Virus record (IMG/VR): IMGVR_UViG_3300001357_000001
Span: 64,001-128,000 of that record
Reading direction: 5' to 3' (one strand)
DNA: 64,000 bases
Origin: a virus
Taxonomy: Duplodnaviria > Heunggongvirae > Uroviricota > Caudoviricetes
Translations under genes and position numbers: made by a program
Shown: positions 23,657 through 33,599 of the stretch, in pieces
Layout: every line of letters begins with the position of its first letter
Numbering within the stretch: the first letter of the stretch is position 1
The notes under the pieces: model-generated
Database searches by the model: none
Told to the model about the DNA's origin: nothing
Seen by the model: the letters and a program-made list of their open reading frames with translations, nothing else

Positions 23657-23860
23657 ACCGAAGTGGACAAATTGGTAAAGTCGCCTTGTTATGAACAGGG
23701 AGATACTCCATTCCTGAGAAGGTTGCAAACTTCACGGGCAAAGAAATATAATTGTAATATGGTAACGTTATTTGAAGCACGTGTAACCAAATTAACAAGA
23801 CTTTAGGACAACATTATTTCTTTCGAGGGGTTGTTGGTTCGAATCCTTCCTTCGGTTCTA
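23657..23860 (+). ncRNA. tRNA-like RNA (anticodon ATG) with ~130-nt structured insertion in variable region
   Basis: Acceptor ACCGAAG/CTTCGGT; D arm GAC-AAATTGGTAAA-GTC; CCTTG-TTATGAA-CAGGG; T loop GGTTCGAATCC; promoter 23607-23634 and boxA 23644. Confidence 0.7.
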
Positions 23861-23869
23861 TAATTAATA

Positions 23870-24275
23870 ACTGATGTAAATAATGCGATAGCTATGCTAC
23901 GTAGACTGTGGGACTCAGCAAAGTTATTTAATTATTACGATTTGATGAAACTAAACAAGCTGGAGTGAATACATATTAATAGAAACGATACCAGTGTCAT
24001 AGACCGAAATGACGTTTAGACGGATTAATGATTAAAGGTTCAATACCTTTACTAATAGCCAAATAAGAGTTAGGTGATATTCCTAAATCATTCAGTGGTG
24101 ATGCAAATCGTTAACTATGTTTGGGGTTGTTTTAAGAATAACCAGAAGAAGAAATAATTTCTTAAAAACAACGAGTGGTCTTTATATAATATGCATAACT
24201 CGACCCAAAGACAAAGGAATCTGGTATTATATAGAATGCTTAACTATACCGATATGTTCCTTTGTCTTCCCAAAC
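23870..24275 (+). ncRNA. Further structured non-coding RNA(s)
   Basis: T-arm AAAGG-TTCAATA-CCTTT followed by ...GCCA at 24034-24061; long stems GTTTGGG/CCCAAAC, GTTGTTTTAAGAA/TTCTTAAAAACAAC, GACAAAGGAA/TTCCTTTGTC. Confidence 0.55.
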
Positions 24276-24291
24276 TTTTAAAATAATAATA

Positions 24292-24906
24292 ATGGAAAAA
24301 CAAGAAAAAGAATTTAATTTCGATAATTTTAATCAAGAAGTTGAAGAAATTGCTTGGGTTATTTTTACCTCTAAATTAGGATTAAGATTTAAAAGAAAAC
24401 TTACTCCTGAAGAAAAGAAAAAAATAACAGATACACCTGATTTTGATTATTATCGAGAAGAAGCACTAAAACATTATCATAAAAAAATAAAAGCACTTGA
24501 TAATAAAAAATATCCTGAAATTGAAGTTCCAGCAAGTGGTGAAGCTACTTGGATGGGTGGTGCTTATGTTCTTTGTTTTGTATATTCCAAATACAATGGT
24601 AATTTTGTATTGAAAGGATATTATAAAGAAGTTAAAGAATATCTGGAAAAAAACTACACACATTATTTTTATTACATGTCATTTTGGTGTCGTGGTTTTT
24701 CAAGAGGTCATTGGAATTTCTGGAAAGAAAATATTGGAATTTTTGAACCCGATATAACTGGAAGAAGAAGAGAAAAGAAATATATTGTCAGACCATATGG
24801 TGGTAGTTGGACTAATGATGCTCCAGATAAAGATGAAATTAAGAAAAAAACATTTAAATTTAAACGTTTACCCAAGCGTTGGATACCAGAATTTGATGTT
24901 TTATAA
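24292..24906 (+). CDS. Hypothetical protein
   Basis: ORF track start TTG 24262; ATG at 24292 more plausible. Confidence 0.65.
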   Translation: MEKQEKEFNFDNFNQEVEEIAWVIFTSKLGLRFKRKLTPEEKKKITDTPDFDYYREEALKHYHKKIKALDNKKYPEIEVPASGEATWMGGAYVLCFVYSKYNGNFVLKGYYKEVKEYLEKNYTHYFYYMSFWCRGFSRGHWNFWKENIGIFEPDITGRRREKKYIVRPYGGSWTNDAPDKDEIKKKTFKFKRLPKRWIPEFDVL

Positions 24907-24996
24907 AGTACTTGATAATCAGACAATAATTAAGAAAAATTAGAAAAAATAAGCCGTAACCCTGATGGATTACGGCTTTTCTTATGTCTTTGATTT

Positions 24997-25479
24997 TCAG
25001 TTATTTGATAAGATAGTGTAAGATATTCCTATTTCGAAAGTAAAATTATTTTTTTCTTTACACCAACCATAACCAACACCAGTTTTAAATGAAAATTTGT
25101 TTTTATATCCTTTAATTCCGACCATACCATATGTCATTGCAAGGACTTCTTCATTGAAATTAATATCTTGATATCTATATGCTGCCGATGCAACACCAAT
25201 ACTCCCATAATAACAAATGTCTAATAAATTATAATTATTAAAATTTTCTTTGTATTTTGTGTAATATGTAACACTTCCAGCCCAAGATGGTATATTATCA
25301 CCATAATAAGGCATTTTTGTAGGCATATAACCAGCACCAACACCAAAGTGACCGTATTGAGTCTCAATACCTATTAGTCCATTAATCCAAGAATAACCAC
25401 CCCAGACATTAATATTTGTTTGAGATTTTCCAATGTTTAATAAGAACAAAAACGATAGTAGTAATAATATTTTTTTCAT
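24997..25479 (-). CDS. Secreted protein, outer-membrane beta-barrel-like
   Basis: Signal peptide MKKILLLLSFLFLLNIGKSQ; alternating Gly/aromatic strands. Confidence 0.55.
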   Translation of the reverse strand: MKKILLLLSFLFLLNIGKSQTNINVWGGYSWINGLIGIETQYGHFGVGAGYMPTKMPYYGDNIPSWAGSVTYYTKYKENFNNYNLLDICYYGSIGVASAAYRYQDINFNEEVLAMTYGMVGIKGYKNKFSFKTGVGYGWCKEKNNFTFEIGISYTILSNN

Positions 25480-25490
25480 ATTAATAAATA

Positions 25491-26704
25491 CTATGCTTCC
25501 ATACTTTCGGGTATCATTTTAGCTCCATGACAAAGTGGACATGGAATAGTTGCAGCAGTACTTTTTTCATCAGGAACTGTACCAAAACCATGACAAATAG
25601 GACATTGAATTAATTTTGTTTTAACACTTTCTAATTTATCATTAATCATATAATTAGTAATGTCTTCAATCATATTATAATTTCTATCCATCACTTTTTT
25701 TTGTTCCCAAGTATTGCTTTCATTACCATTCCATCGAACATGATATGCTTTTTCAGTTACCATTAAAATAGTAACTGATAACACAGTATCACCACTTCCA
25801 AATTGAACTAGATATGTATGATTTGCTTTTAATTCTTCCATATTATAAGGTATTATTTTGTTTTTTACCGACAACTGTAATTATTTCAAGTATAAAAGAC
25901 CCATCAGGATGTGTGCTTTTATGTTCTATTTCATTATAATATATGATTTCCCAACCCTCTGTAATTAATTCATCAAAAAAATCTTGTGTGTCATAATCAT
26001 CGTTAATTTGTTTTACAATTCTCTTGTATTTAATATATTTTTCCATTAAACAAATCTATTATTTTTTAGATTAAAAACCAAATTTTTTAGTATTTATTAG
26101 AAATTAAATTTAAATAAAAATTATTATCATGACTAAAGAAAGAGATATTGAAATCTTAGAGTATAGAATTTCGGATTTACAAAAAAAAAATAGATAATTT
26201 TGCAAAATATGATATTGATGATAAAAAGATTCAAGCATTAGAAATACAAAAAAATAAATACGAAAATCAATTAGCAGATTTATTATATACTTAAAAATCG
26301 GTATTTGTTTACCGATTTTTTTTATAAATATATGTTAAAATAAAACCATAATCTCTATCAAATTCTGTTACAGCAATTATGTCTTCACAATAGTTTTCAT
26401 AATCTTGTTTATAATAACTAATAAAATCTTCAATAATACTAACTATATCGGTTTCATTTATGATTTTACCATTTAGAAATAAATGTTTTAATACAACAAC
26501 TGACCATGCTTTCCAATCTTTAGGTAAATCAGCTTTATTCTTTTTTATGTAATTATATGCTAAATAAATAATATATGATAAATAAGGTAGATTATCTTTA
26601 TATCTTACTTTATCTAAAACAGGTGATATGTTTTTTATTATTTCATTAATTGATTTGTCGTTATTTTTTAATCGCTCATCAACATTATTTATTAAATCTG
26701 TCAT
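25491..26704 (-). CDS. Small genes: C-terminal DnaJ-type zinc finger protein (25491-25874) and hypotheticals (25843-26046, 26309-26704)
   Basis: CPICHGFG...CPLCHGAK. Confidence 0.6.
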
Positions 26705-27764
26705 ATGCTTTGGTTGTAATTTGGCAAATTTCTACTTTACCAATAAAATCATCTAATTTTTTTGCATCAGAATAACTCATTGCATTTCGTAAATAATGAT
26801 TAAAATTATCAACCCAACCACTAAGACGAAATTCAACTTTTCGATATCTAACCACGCCTTCGGATGTTTTAAATCTAGTTTTACCCATTGCTTTTTGAGC
26901 ACCTTTAGTACTCATACCTCTAAAATATTTTTTTACTGGTAAACCTAAGTTAAATAAGAATTTTGCTATTCTTCTATTTACTCTCACACCATATAAATAG
27001 TTTTTAGCACAACTTTCTAATGATTTATTAAAAATACTCCCAATCATAACATAATCTGCACCAAGTGCAAGTGCTTTAATAATGTCAGAATGGTCTTTCA
27101 TTCCACCATCAGCAACAATTGCTGGTGCTTTAAACTGTTTATTAGTTCGATTATCATATATGTATAATAATTTTTCTTGAAAAATATTATGTATTAATGA
27201 TGCCATTGGGTAACCTACTCCTGACTGTTTAGTTGTTAAACATCCACCACCATTACCAATTCCTACACGAATATAATCAACGTCAGTATTTTCAGCATAC
27301 CATCTATAGGTTTCGGGATTAGCAATATTACCAATCATCAATACTATATCTGGACGCAATCGTTTAATTTCACGACAATAATCAAATAGTTTTTGCATAT
27401 GACCATTAGCTACATCAATTAAAATATGTGCTCTTTCATGTATATTACGTAAACTTGTTTTAAGTTCTTTATCTAAATCATTAAAACCCATACTAACAAA
27501 AACACCATTATCAGATTTACTACCTGATAAAATTTCCTTACTAACAAATTGTCCGTATTTAATTGTTCTGGGTAATGCTATGTTAATTCCTTGATTAAGG
27601 AATGTTTTCATATTTTTTAAATCAACAACACTATCCATTGGTGCTGTAAATAATGGTAATTTTTTATTAAGGTCAATTCCTTTATATCTACTTGATATAT
27701 GTGTTTTATATTTAGGAACGATTAATATGTCATCAAAATCAAATTGTGGTTTTAAATCTTTCAT
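26685..27764 (-). CDS. guaC: GMP reductase / IMPDH-family protein
   Basis: FDDILIVP, APMDSV, IDVANGH, RVGIGNGGGCLT, ADGG, GADYVMIG, RGMST, SEGV; no CBS domain. Confidence 0.85.
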   Translation of the reverse strand: MKDLKPQFDFDDILIVPKYKTHISSRYKGIDLNKKLPLFTAPMDSVVDLKNMKTFLNQGINIALPRTIKYGQFVSKEILSGSKSDNGVFVSMGFNDLDKELKTSLRNIHERAHILIDVANGHMQKLFDYCREIKRLRPDIVLMIGNIANPETYRWYAENTDVDYIRVGIGNGGGCLTTKQSGVGYPMASLIHNIFQEKLLYIYDNRTNKQFKAPAIVADGGMKDHSDIIKALALGADYVMIGSIFNKSLESCAKNYLYGVRVNRRIAKFLFNLGLPVKKYFRGMSTKGAQKAMGKTRFKTSEGVVRYRKVEFRLSGWVDNFNHYLRNAMSYSDAKKLDDFIGKVEICQITTKAYDRFNK

Positions 27765-27952
27765 GTGTCTTTGGTTATAAGAAAGATGTGTGTTTTTTCT
27801 TAAAGAAAATTGTGAAGTAAATAAGTCTTAAATCCTAATTTTTAAACCTTTATGCCATGAATAACAGGAATTTTGAACATTCAAATCTCTATCATTTTTG
27901 CCGTTAGTAGAAACACGTTTTTCTAAAATACTCAAACACACATCAAATAAAA

Positions 27953-28516
27953 TTATTCTTTTGTATCTACAGGGTGACCACCACAATTTCCTGTACAGTC
28001 ATCTTTACAATTATTAGATTTTTGTTTTTGAGAAACATTAGATTCTAAAGTTTGTAATTCTTCATCAGTCATATCACCCCAAGGAATTTCGGTATTGAAA
28101 TTATATTCATCAAGTTCTTCTTGAATAGCATCAATTCTTTTTTGGAAATCATTGATTATTGAATTGCGTTCTTCTTCATCTATTTGAACAACGTAATTTT
28201 GTGCTTTATCACTATATCCTATGATTTGAGTACCTTCTAAAACAGGTACTTCTTTCCAAAAAGCAACTAATGCTTTATATTCTCCAAGCGAATAGATTTT
28301 TGATTGGATATCACGATTAGCTTCATTAATAACAAATTTTAAACCAGTTAATTCATTAACTTTTTCTAAAAGTAGTTCGTACTTTTCTCTAACATTAAAT
28401 TTTTCTCCATTTTTTGAACCTTCAAGATATGAATTCTTATTTTTGATTTGTTGTTTTAAATCAGCTATTTCACCGATTAAATTTTTTCTTAATTTTAATG
28501 CTTTATATAGTTTCAT
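27953..28516 (-). CDS. DIP1984-like coiled-coil protein
   Basis: MKLYKALKLRKNL...IQEELDEYNFNTEI. Confidence 0.55.
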   Translation of the reverse strand: MKLYKALKLRKNLIGEIADLKQQIKNKNSYLEGSKNGEKFNVREKYELLLEKVNELTGLKFVINEANRDIQSKIYSLGEYKALVAFWKEVPVLEGTQIIGYSDKAQNYVVQIDEEERNSIINDFQKRIDAIQEELDEYNFNTEIPWGDMTDEELQTLESNVSQKQKSNNCKDDCTGNCGGHPVDTKE

Positions 28517-28572
28517 TTTTAAAAATTTTTATTTAACAATATTATAAATAATATATGAGAAAAACAAGTAAA

Positions 28573-29460
28573 TCATATATTTCTTTTTATTCTAAAATCA
28601 ACTGACCAACCACGTGGCATGTGTTTTGGTTTCATAGTTTCGATAAAATGTAATCGCCATAATTTAACAAATTCTTTAATTTTTTCTTCAGTATTTAACT
28701 TCTGTACAACATGATATCCGTGGTCATAAAGTTTACGATTAACACCTTTAAATTTATAAATAACTTCATCATGTTGTTTTTTTACTAAAATAAATAGTTT
28801 ATATAATTGAATATAATTAAACTCAAAAATTTTTTCAATAGGAATTCCTGTAAATTCTGAAATCATTTTTAATTTTTTTATTTTGACTTCATTTGAAATC
28901 TTATTATGTGTTTTAAGAATAGAATGTATTGTATTAAGCAAAATAGCATTATTTCTTCCGACTTCTCGTAATTTTCGAGTATATTCACTATTGAGTTCAT
29001 TAATTGTTTTCACACTATACATTTCAGCAATAACGTCTTTATAAATTGTTGCTTGAATTTCATATTCTGAATGTTTTTCATGATTAATAAGGACAACATC
29101 ATGATGATTCTTAGATTTATATTTTATTGGAAAATAAGTTCTATAACAATAAGGAACTATATGATGTCGCTGTAAATCATGTTCAACACCACTAACAACA
29201 CATATTGGTTCTCGAACTGTTTTACCGAAAATTTCATCAGCATCAAATCCCTCGCCTTTGGGTTCGAATTTAAGCATGATTTTTCCATCATCAGTTCGTT
29301 TAGCCAAATCCTTATCAAGATACCATTTAGCTTTTTTTTCACCACAAGTAAACATGTGAGTACCATTGGGATGATATACTTCCCAATTTTCTGCATTAAG
29401 ATTAGTACTCCCAAGTTTTAAAATATTATTTTTTTCCTTATTCTTACTCAATTTCGTCAT
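28573..29460 (-). CDS. HNH-like protein resembling the C-terminal domain of EXD2
   Basis: TCGEKKAKWYL...LKFEPKG...CVVSG...HHIVPYCYRTYFP..KSKNHHDVVL. Confidence 0.6.
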   Translation of the reverse strand: MTKLSKNKEKNNILKLGSTNLNAENWEVYHPNGTHMFTCGEKKAKWYLDKDLAKRTDDGKIMLKFEPKGEGFDADEIFGKTVREPICVVSGVEHDLQRHHIVPYCYRTYFPIKYKSKNHHDVVLINHEKHSEYEIQATIYKDVIAEMYSVKTINELNSEYTRKLREVGRNNAILLNTIHSILKTHNKISNEVKIKKLKMISEFTGIPIEKIFEFNYIQLYKLFILVKKQHDEVIYKFKGVNRKLYDHGYHVVQKLNTEEKIKEFVKLWRLHFIETMKPKHMPRGWSVDFRIKRNI

Positions 29461-30466
29461 TATAAATATTCATGAATCTGTCTTTAATTGCATTAAAATT
29501 GCCATTTAATACAAATTCTCTATAATCATCATCATCGTCAAATGATTGCTTGAATTTAGTAATTGCTTGTCCTAATTCCTTACCTTTTAAATCAGGCAAC
29601 CATGACATTACCATATCACCATTGAATTTTTGCGATAATATTCTATTTTGACTATCGATTCTTTGTAATTCAGATAATTTTTCCATTAGATTTGCTTCTG
29701 GAAAATAATTTTCAATCATCGGCAAGTAATGACTTTTATCTTTATTAAAACCATACCTAATGTCGATATTATTATCTTTTAAATATTTTAAAAATGTATG
29801 GTATGAACCACGTTTTCGATTCCTTTTTTTATCAATACTTTTCAGATTTTCCATTTGAAAAATTTCGGTATTAAAGTATTTGCTATCAATAGCAAATTGA
29901 AAAATTTCTTCTAGTTCTTCAAAACCCTGAAGATATCTATCATAATCATAACCACCAAATTCAAATATTTTTCTAGCATCAGTACTAATGAGAATATTTT
30001 GAGAATTTCTTCCATTGAAATTTCTGAACTTATAAAACAATCCATCCCATCCATATGATAACCCGAATTTATGGAATGTTTTGCCCATAATATTTCCTAA
30101 TGGGTCATATGAATAATATGTCTTTGCTGTTTCCCATTTAGATTGTCTTACAGGAATGAAATCAATTTGGAAATTTTCATAATCAAATGAAAGCACACCA
30201 TCATTATTATGAATAGCACGTGGATTAAACGTATCACCAATATAATACTTCAAATTAGTTCCTGAATTATGAAACTCATCATCAATTTTAATTAACAAAT
30301 CCAAATCACCGTGGTCTGGTTTTGTATGATAACAAGTGACAATAGCAGTAGTTACTGATAAGTCTTTAGTAATTCTATCTTGAATTTCTTTACCAATGCG
30401 CAGAAATTCCTCGGTATTCTTTCTATCGGTAAAGATACCATATTTATTTAATGCTTTTCCTCCCAT
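29444..30466 (-). CDS. Pol-beta superfamily nucleotidyltransferase
   Basis: DHGDLDLLI catalytic motif, QIDF; C-terminal FNGDMVM...LKGKELG. Confidence 0.7.
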   Translation of the reverse strand: MGGKALNKYGIFTDRKNTEEFLRIGKEIQDRITKDLSVTTAIVTCYHTKPDHGDLDLLIKIDDEFHNSGTNLKYYIGDTFNPRAIHNNDGVLSFDYENFQIDFIPVRQSKWETAKTYYSYDPLGNIMGKTFHKFGLSYGWDGLFYKFRNFNGRNSQNILISTDARKIFEFGGYDYDRYLQGFEELEEIFQFAIDSKYFNTEIFQMENLKSIDKKRNRKRGSYHTFLKYLKDNNIDIRYGFNKDKSHYLPMIENYFPEANLMEKLSELQRIDSQNRILSQKFNGDMVMSWLPDLKGKELGQAITKFKQSFDDDDDYREFVLNGNFNAIKDRFMNIYNDEIE

Positions 30467-30519
30467 TTGTTTTCTTTTTTACAATTATACGAAAACTAAA
30501 TGGATTTGTTACGCTTTAT

Positions 30520-30840
30520 TTAAAATATTTTAAAAACAATTACGTCATCAATAATTTCACTGTCTGAAAATGTCCAATTATCTATTTCTTCAATGTTGTC
30601 AAGAAATTCTTGTAATTTATCGAAATCTTCTTGATATGCTTCTTGTAGAAGTTCTTCTGTACTTGCTGCTTCAAAACTAAATGATTCTTCGTCATCATCA
30701 TTTAAATATTCTGCTTCTTCGCTATCATCAGTAAGATTATATGACCAGATTATAACATTTCCATGTAGTAGGTATTCTCCATGTAATTCTTCGGGGTGAA
30801 ATTCGTTTTGAATCGTTTCGAATAACTCATTAATATTCAT
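30520..30840 (-). CDS. Acidic hypothetical protein
   Basis: 106-aa D/E-rich ATG ORF. Confidence 0.6.
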   Translation of the reverse strand: MNINELFETIQNEFHPEELHGEYLLHGNVIIWSYNLTDDSEEAEYLNDDDEESFSFEAASTEELLQEAYQEDFDKLQEFLDNIEEIDNWTFSDSEIIDDVIVFKIF

Positions 30841-30963
30841 ATATTAATATATTTATAGTAAAATAATTTTACCATAAATAGGGATTGTTCTGGGAAAAGA
30901 CTGATTTATATAAAAATTAAAAAAAATATTTAGTATTTATCATTGTAAATAAATTTTGTAATT

Positions 30964-31128
30964 ATGAAAGATATTGAATTAACAGCCATGTTTGAACCTT
31001 GTAAAGAGGGCGGATTTATGGCATACATACAAGAAATCCAAGGCATAAATAGTCAGGGAGAAACAATAGAAGAAGCAAAAGAAAACCTTACAGATGCAAT
31101 TAACTTGATGTTTGAAGAATTTAGTTAG
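30964..31128 (+). CDS. hicB: HicB-family antitoxin-like protein (54 aa, not in ORF track)
   Basis: MKDIELTAMFEPCKEGGFMAYIQEIQGINSQGETIEEAKENLTDAINLMFEEFS; GTATTTAT motif upstream. Confidence 0.75.
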   Translation: MKDIELTAMFEPCKEGGFMAYIQEIQGINSQGETIEEAKENLTDAINLMFEEFS

Positions 31129-31435
31129 TTAGTTTATTCATTAATCGAGCATTTACTAAATGGTTACGAATTTTATTTTTAAAAAAAATAAAAGCAGATT
31201 TTGGTTTATTTTCATGGTCAGGATTAAATTTTTTCCATAAATTTTCAGTAATGATTTTGTTAATCACATAATTTTTACAAAATTCTTTTTCAATATTATT
31301 ATTAAATTTTATTTTAACGCAAAAATCATTAATCATTTTTAATATTAATTCATTTGCATTATTAGTTAATTTATTATTGTTTATTGAAATAAACATTTCA
31401 TCATACAATAAATTCTCATCAATATAATTATCCAT
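31121..31435 (-). CDS. Short sigma-factor region-2-like protein (T4 gp55-like N-terminus)
   Basis: YIDENLLYDEM...WKKFNPD...KSAFIFF resembles YV.NK.L...FD.EK..NAF.YF. Confidence 0.4.
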   Translation of the reverse strand: MDNYIDENLLYDEMFISINNNKLTNNANELILKMINDFCVKIKFNNNIEKEFCKNYVINKIITENLWKKFNPDHENKPKSAFIFFKNKIRNHLVNARLMNKLTN

Positions 31436-31548
31436 AATTTTTTTTTACAAAGTTAATAATTTAAATTAAAATAACAACAATATTTTAATAATATTCTTCA
31501 TGAATAAGAACAAAATAATATTTTCGAGTATTTATAATAAAACTAATC

Positions 31549-32220
31549 ATGTATAACAATAAATATTGGAAAAATAGAATAATTAAACATAAAGTAAATG
31601 AAAATTTATTTATTAGTGATTTCACAAAAGAATCGTCATATTTACTTGGTTTTATTTGGGGTGATGGATATATTTCGAATGGTGGTACTAATAAACAAAT
31701 TAGAATAGAATGTGTGAGCGATGATATTAATAAATTAATGCCAATTATGAAAAAAACAGGTGTCTGGTGTTTTAATAAACGAAAAAGAATAAATAAGAAA
31801 AGAGAAGTTACTATTGCATCAACAAGTAATAAAGAATTAATTGAATTCTTAATTAAGAATAATTATAAAGATAAATCAAACATGACACCTGAAAAAATAT
31901 TTAATCTAATTCCTTCTCAATATGAAAAATATTTTATTTTAGGTTGGATTGATGCTGATGGATGTTTTTATTGGAATGAAAAACATAAATTACGACAATT
32001 TTATCTTTCAGGTTCATTTGAACAAGATTGGGGTGTTTTTGAACAAATATTAAATCAATTAGATGTACAATATAAAATAATCCGAGTTAATAATAAAACT
32101 AAATATTCTCATATTAGAGTTACAGGTAAATTAAATATTAATAAATTAGGTAATTATATTTTTGATGATATAATTCCATTTCAAAGAAAATATGATAAAT
32201 ATAAATTAATAATTAAATAA
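31549..32220 (+). CDS. LAGLIDADG homing endonuclease
   Basis: YLLGFIWGDGYI and FILGWIDADGCF. Confidence 0.85.
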   Translation: MYNNKYWKNRIIKHKVNENLFISDFTKESSYLLGFIWGDGYISNGGTNKQIRIECVSDDINKLMPIMKKTGVWCFNKRKRINKKREVTIASTSNKELIEFLIKNNYKDKSNMTPEKIFNLIPSQYEKYFILGWIDADGCFYWNEKHKLRQFYLSGSFEQDWGVFEQILNQLDVQYKIIRVNNKTKYSHIRVTGKLNINKLGNYIFDDIIPFQRKYDKYKLIIK

Positions 32221-32878
32221 AATTCACAATTCCATTAATAATTTCTACAAGAATAGGAGGATTAACACATTGATATTCGCCATCTAAATTAGATGCATTA
32301 ATAAATGTAATATCACCAATAACTTTAATTCCATATCCTTCATGGATATGACCAAAGGTTGAAATCTTTGGTTTTATTCTTTTAACAATTTCCATATATA
32401 ACGAAGGTGACCCTTGATGAGTTTCAATACTAAATCTATTAGAAACATAATCTCCAATTCCATATGGTGGACTATGTGTTATTAATACATCAACATCATC
32501 AGGAATTGCTTCCCAATGTCTTGCCAAAACAGCCTCAGACCTATTAAATGCCCAATTCATAAAAGGTTTTTGAACAGGACTCCCGTAGAATTTTATTCCT
32601 TCAATAATAACTTCTTCGTCTTCCAAATAAACTATATTATCGGGAATATGTGATTTTACTAATAATCTATTTCTTTCAAATAACCAATCATGATTACCAG
32701 CAATAATAATTTTATATTTATATTGGTCTAATTTAGAATACCACTTCATGAATTTATGTATTTCATGTTCTTTACCCATAGTAGTACTATCACCACAATG
32801 GATAATCATGTCGGCATCAGGTAATTCTAATTGCTTATGTTTTCCGTGTGTATCGGATATTATACAAATTTTCATCAT
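32213..32878 (-). CDS. Calcineurin-like metallophosphoesterase
   Basis: ISDTHG, HCGD, IAGNHD, ITHSPP, FGHIHE. Confidence 0.9.
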   Translation of the reverse strand: MMKICIISDTHGKHKQLELPDADMIIHCGDSTTMGKEHEIHKFMKWYSKLDQYKYKIIIAGNHDWLFERNRLLVKSHIPDNIVYLEDEEVIIEGIKFYGSPVQKPFMNWAFNRSEAVLARHWEAIPDDVDVLITHSPPYGIGDYVSNRFSIETHQGSPSLYMEIVKRIKPKISTFGHIHEGYGIKVIGDITFINASNLDGEYQCVNPPILVEIINGIVNFI

Positions 32879-32882
32879 TATT

Positions 32883-33566
32883 TTATTTAGTATGATAGGT
32901 CACATCATATACATCACCATAATTAGGGTTTTTCTTCAATTCTTCAATACTATATTTATTTCTATTAATAGTATCGACATAATCCATTGTAGCACCAATT
33001 AAATAAAATGTAGTATCTCCAATTTCATTAACAACATAATTTAATTCCATATAATCAGGAGTATTGTTTTTTATCGGAACTGCAACAATAGTACCATTGG
33101 TTTCATTATAATCATTTTCATTTTTTGCTTTTTCTATTTGAGTTTCAACATCATTTCTATTTTTCGTTGAATTTAATTCAAGCATTTTTTTTAACATTTC
33201 TTTATTTTCTTGACCATAATCAAGAACTAAAATAAGTTGTTCTTTATTAAAATCTTGATAATCATCAAAAGCATTTAATCCATCATCATAAACTTTATCA
33301 ATTCTATTATGAACATCTTTAAAACCAACATTAAGTTCATTTTCAAAATCTTCAATTGAACTCGTTTGTGTACTTAATGTTGTTTCAAAAGACTCCATTT
33401 TATTTACAATAGTTGACCTAAATTGACCTATTGTAAATGCAAGTCCTATTAGAACAATTGAAATACCAATAATAATTCTAATTAATATTTTTGATTTCTT
33501 AGGACTAATTTTATCTTCATTATATTCAACAACGTCATCAACTATGTCATTTACAATATTCCCCAT
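32883..33566 (-). CDS. Membrane-anchored coiled-coil protein
   Basis: One hydrophobic segment then heptads. Confidence 0.6.
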   Translation of the reverse strand: MGNIVNDIVDDVVEYNEDKISPKKSKILIRIIIGISIVLIGLAFTIGQFRSTIVNKMESFETTLSTQTSSIEDFENELNVGFKDVHNRIDKVYDDGLNAFDDYQDFNKEQLILVLDYGQENKEMLKKMLELNSTKNRNDVETQIEKAKNENDYNETNGTIVAVPIKNNTPDYMELNYVVNEIGDTTFYLIGATMDYVDTINRNKYSIEELKKNPNYGDVYDVTYHTK

Positions 33567-33599
33567 TATTTTTTTAACATAAATACTAAATTATTACCA

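Noticed and set aside
23657-23860. Canonical tmRNA or group I intron
   Set aside because: Has D and anticodon arms, lacks Ala G3:U70 identity; no P7/R/S intron motifs.
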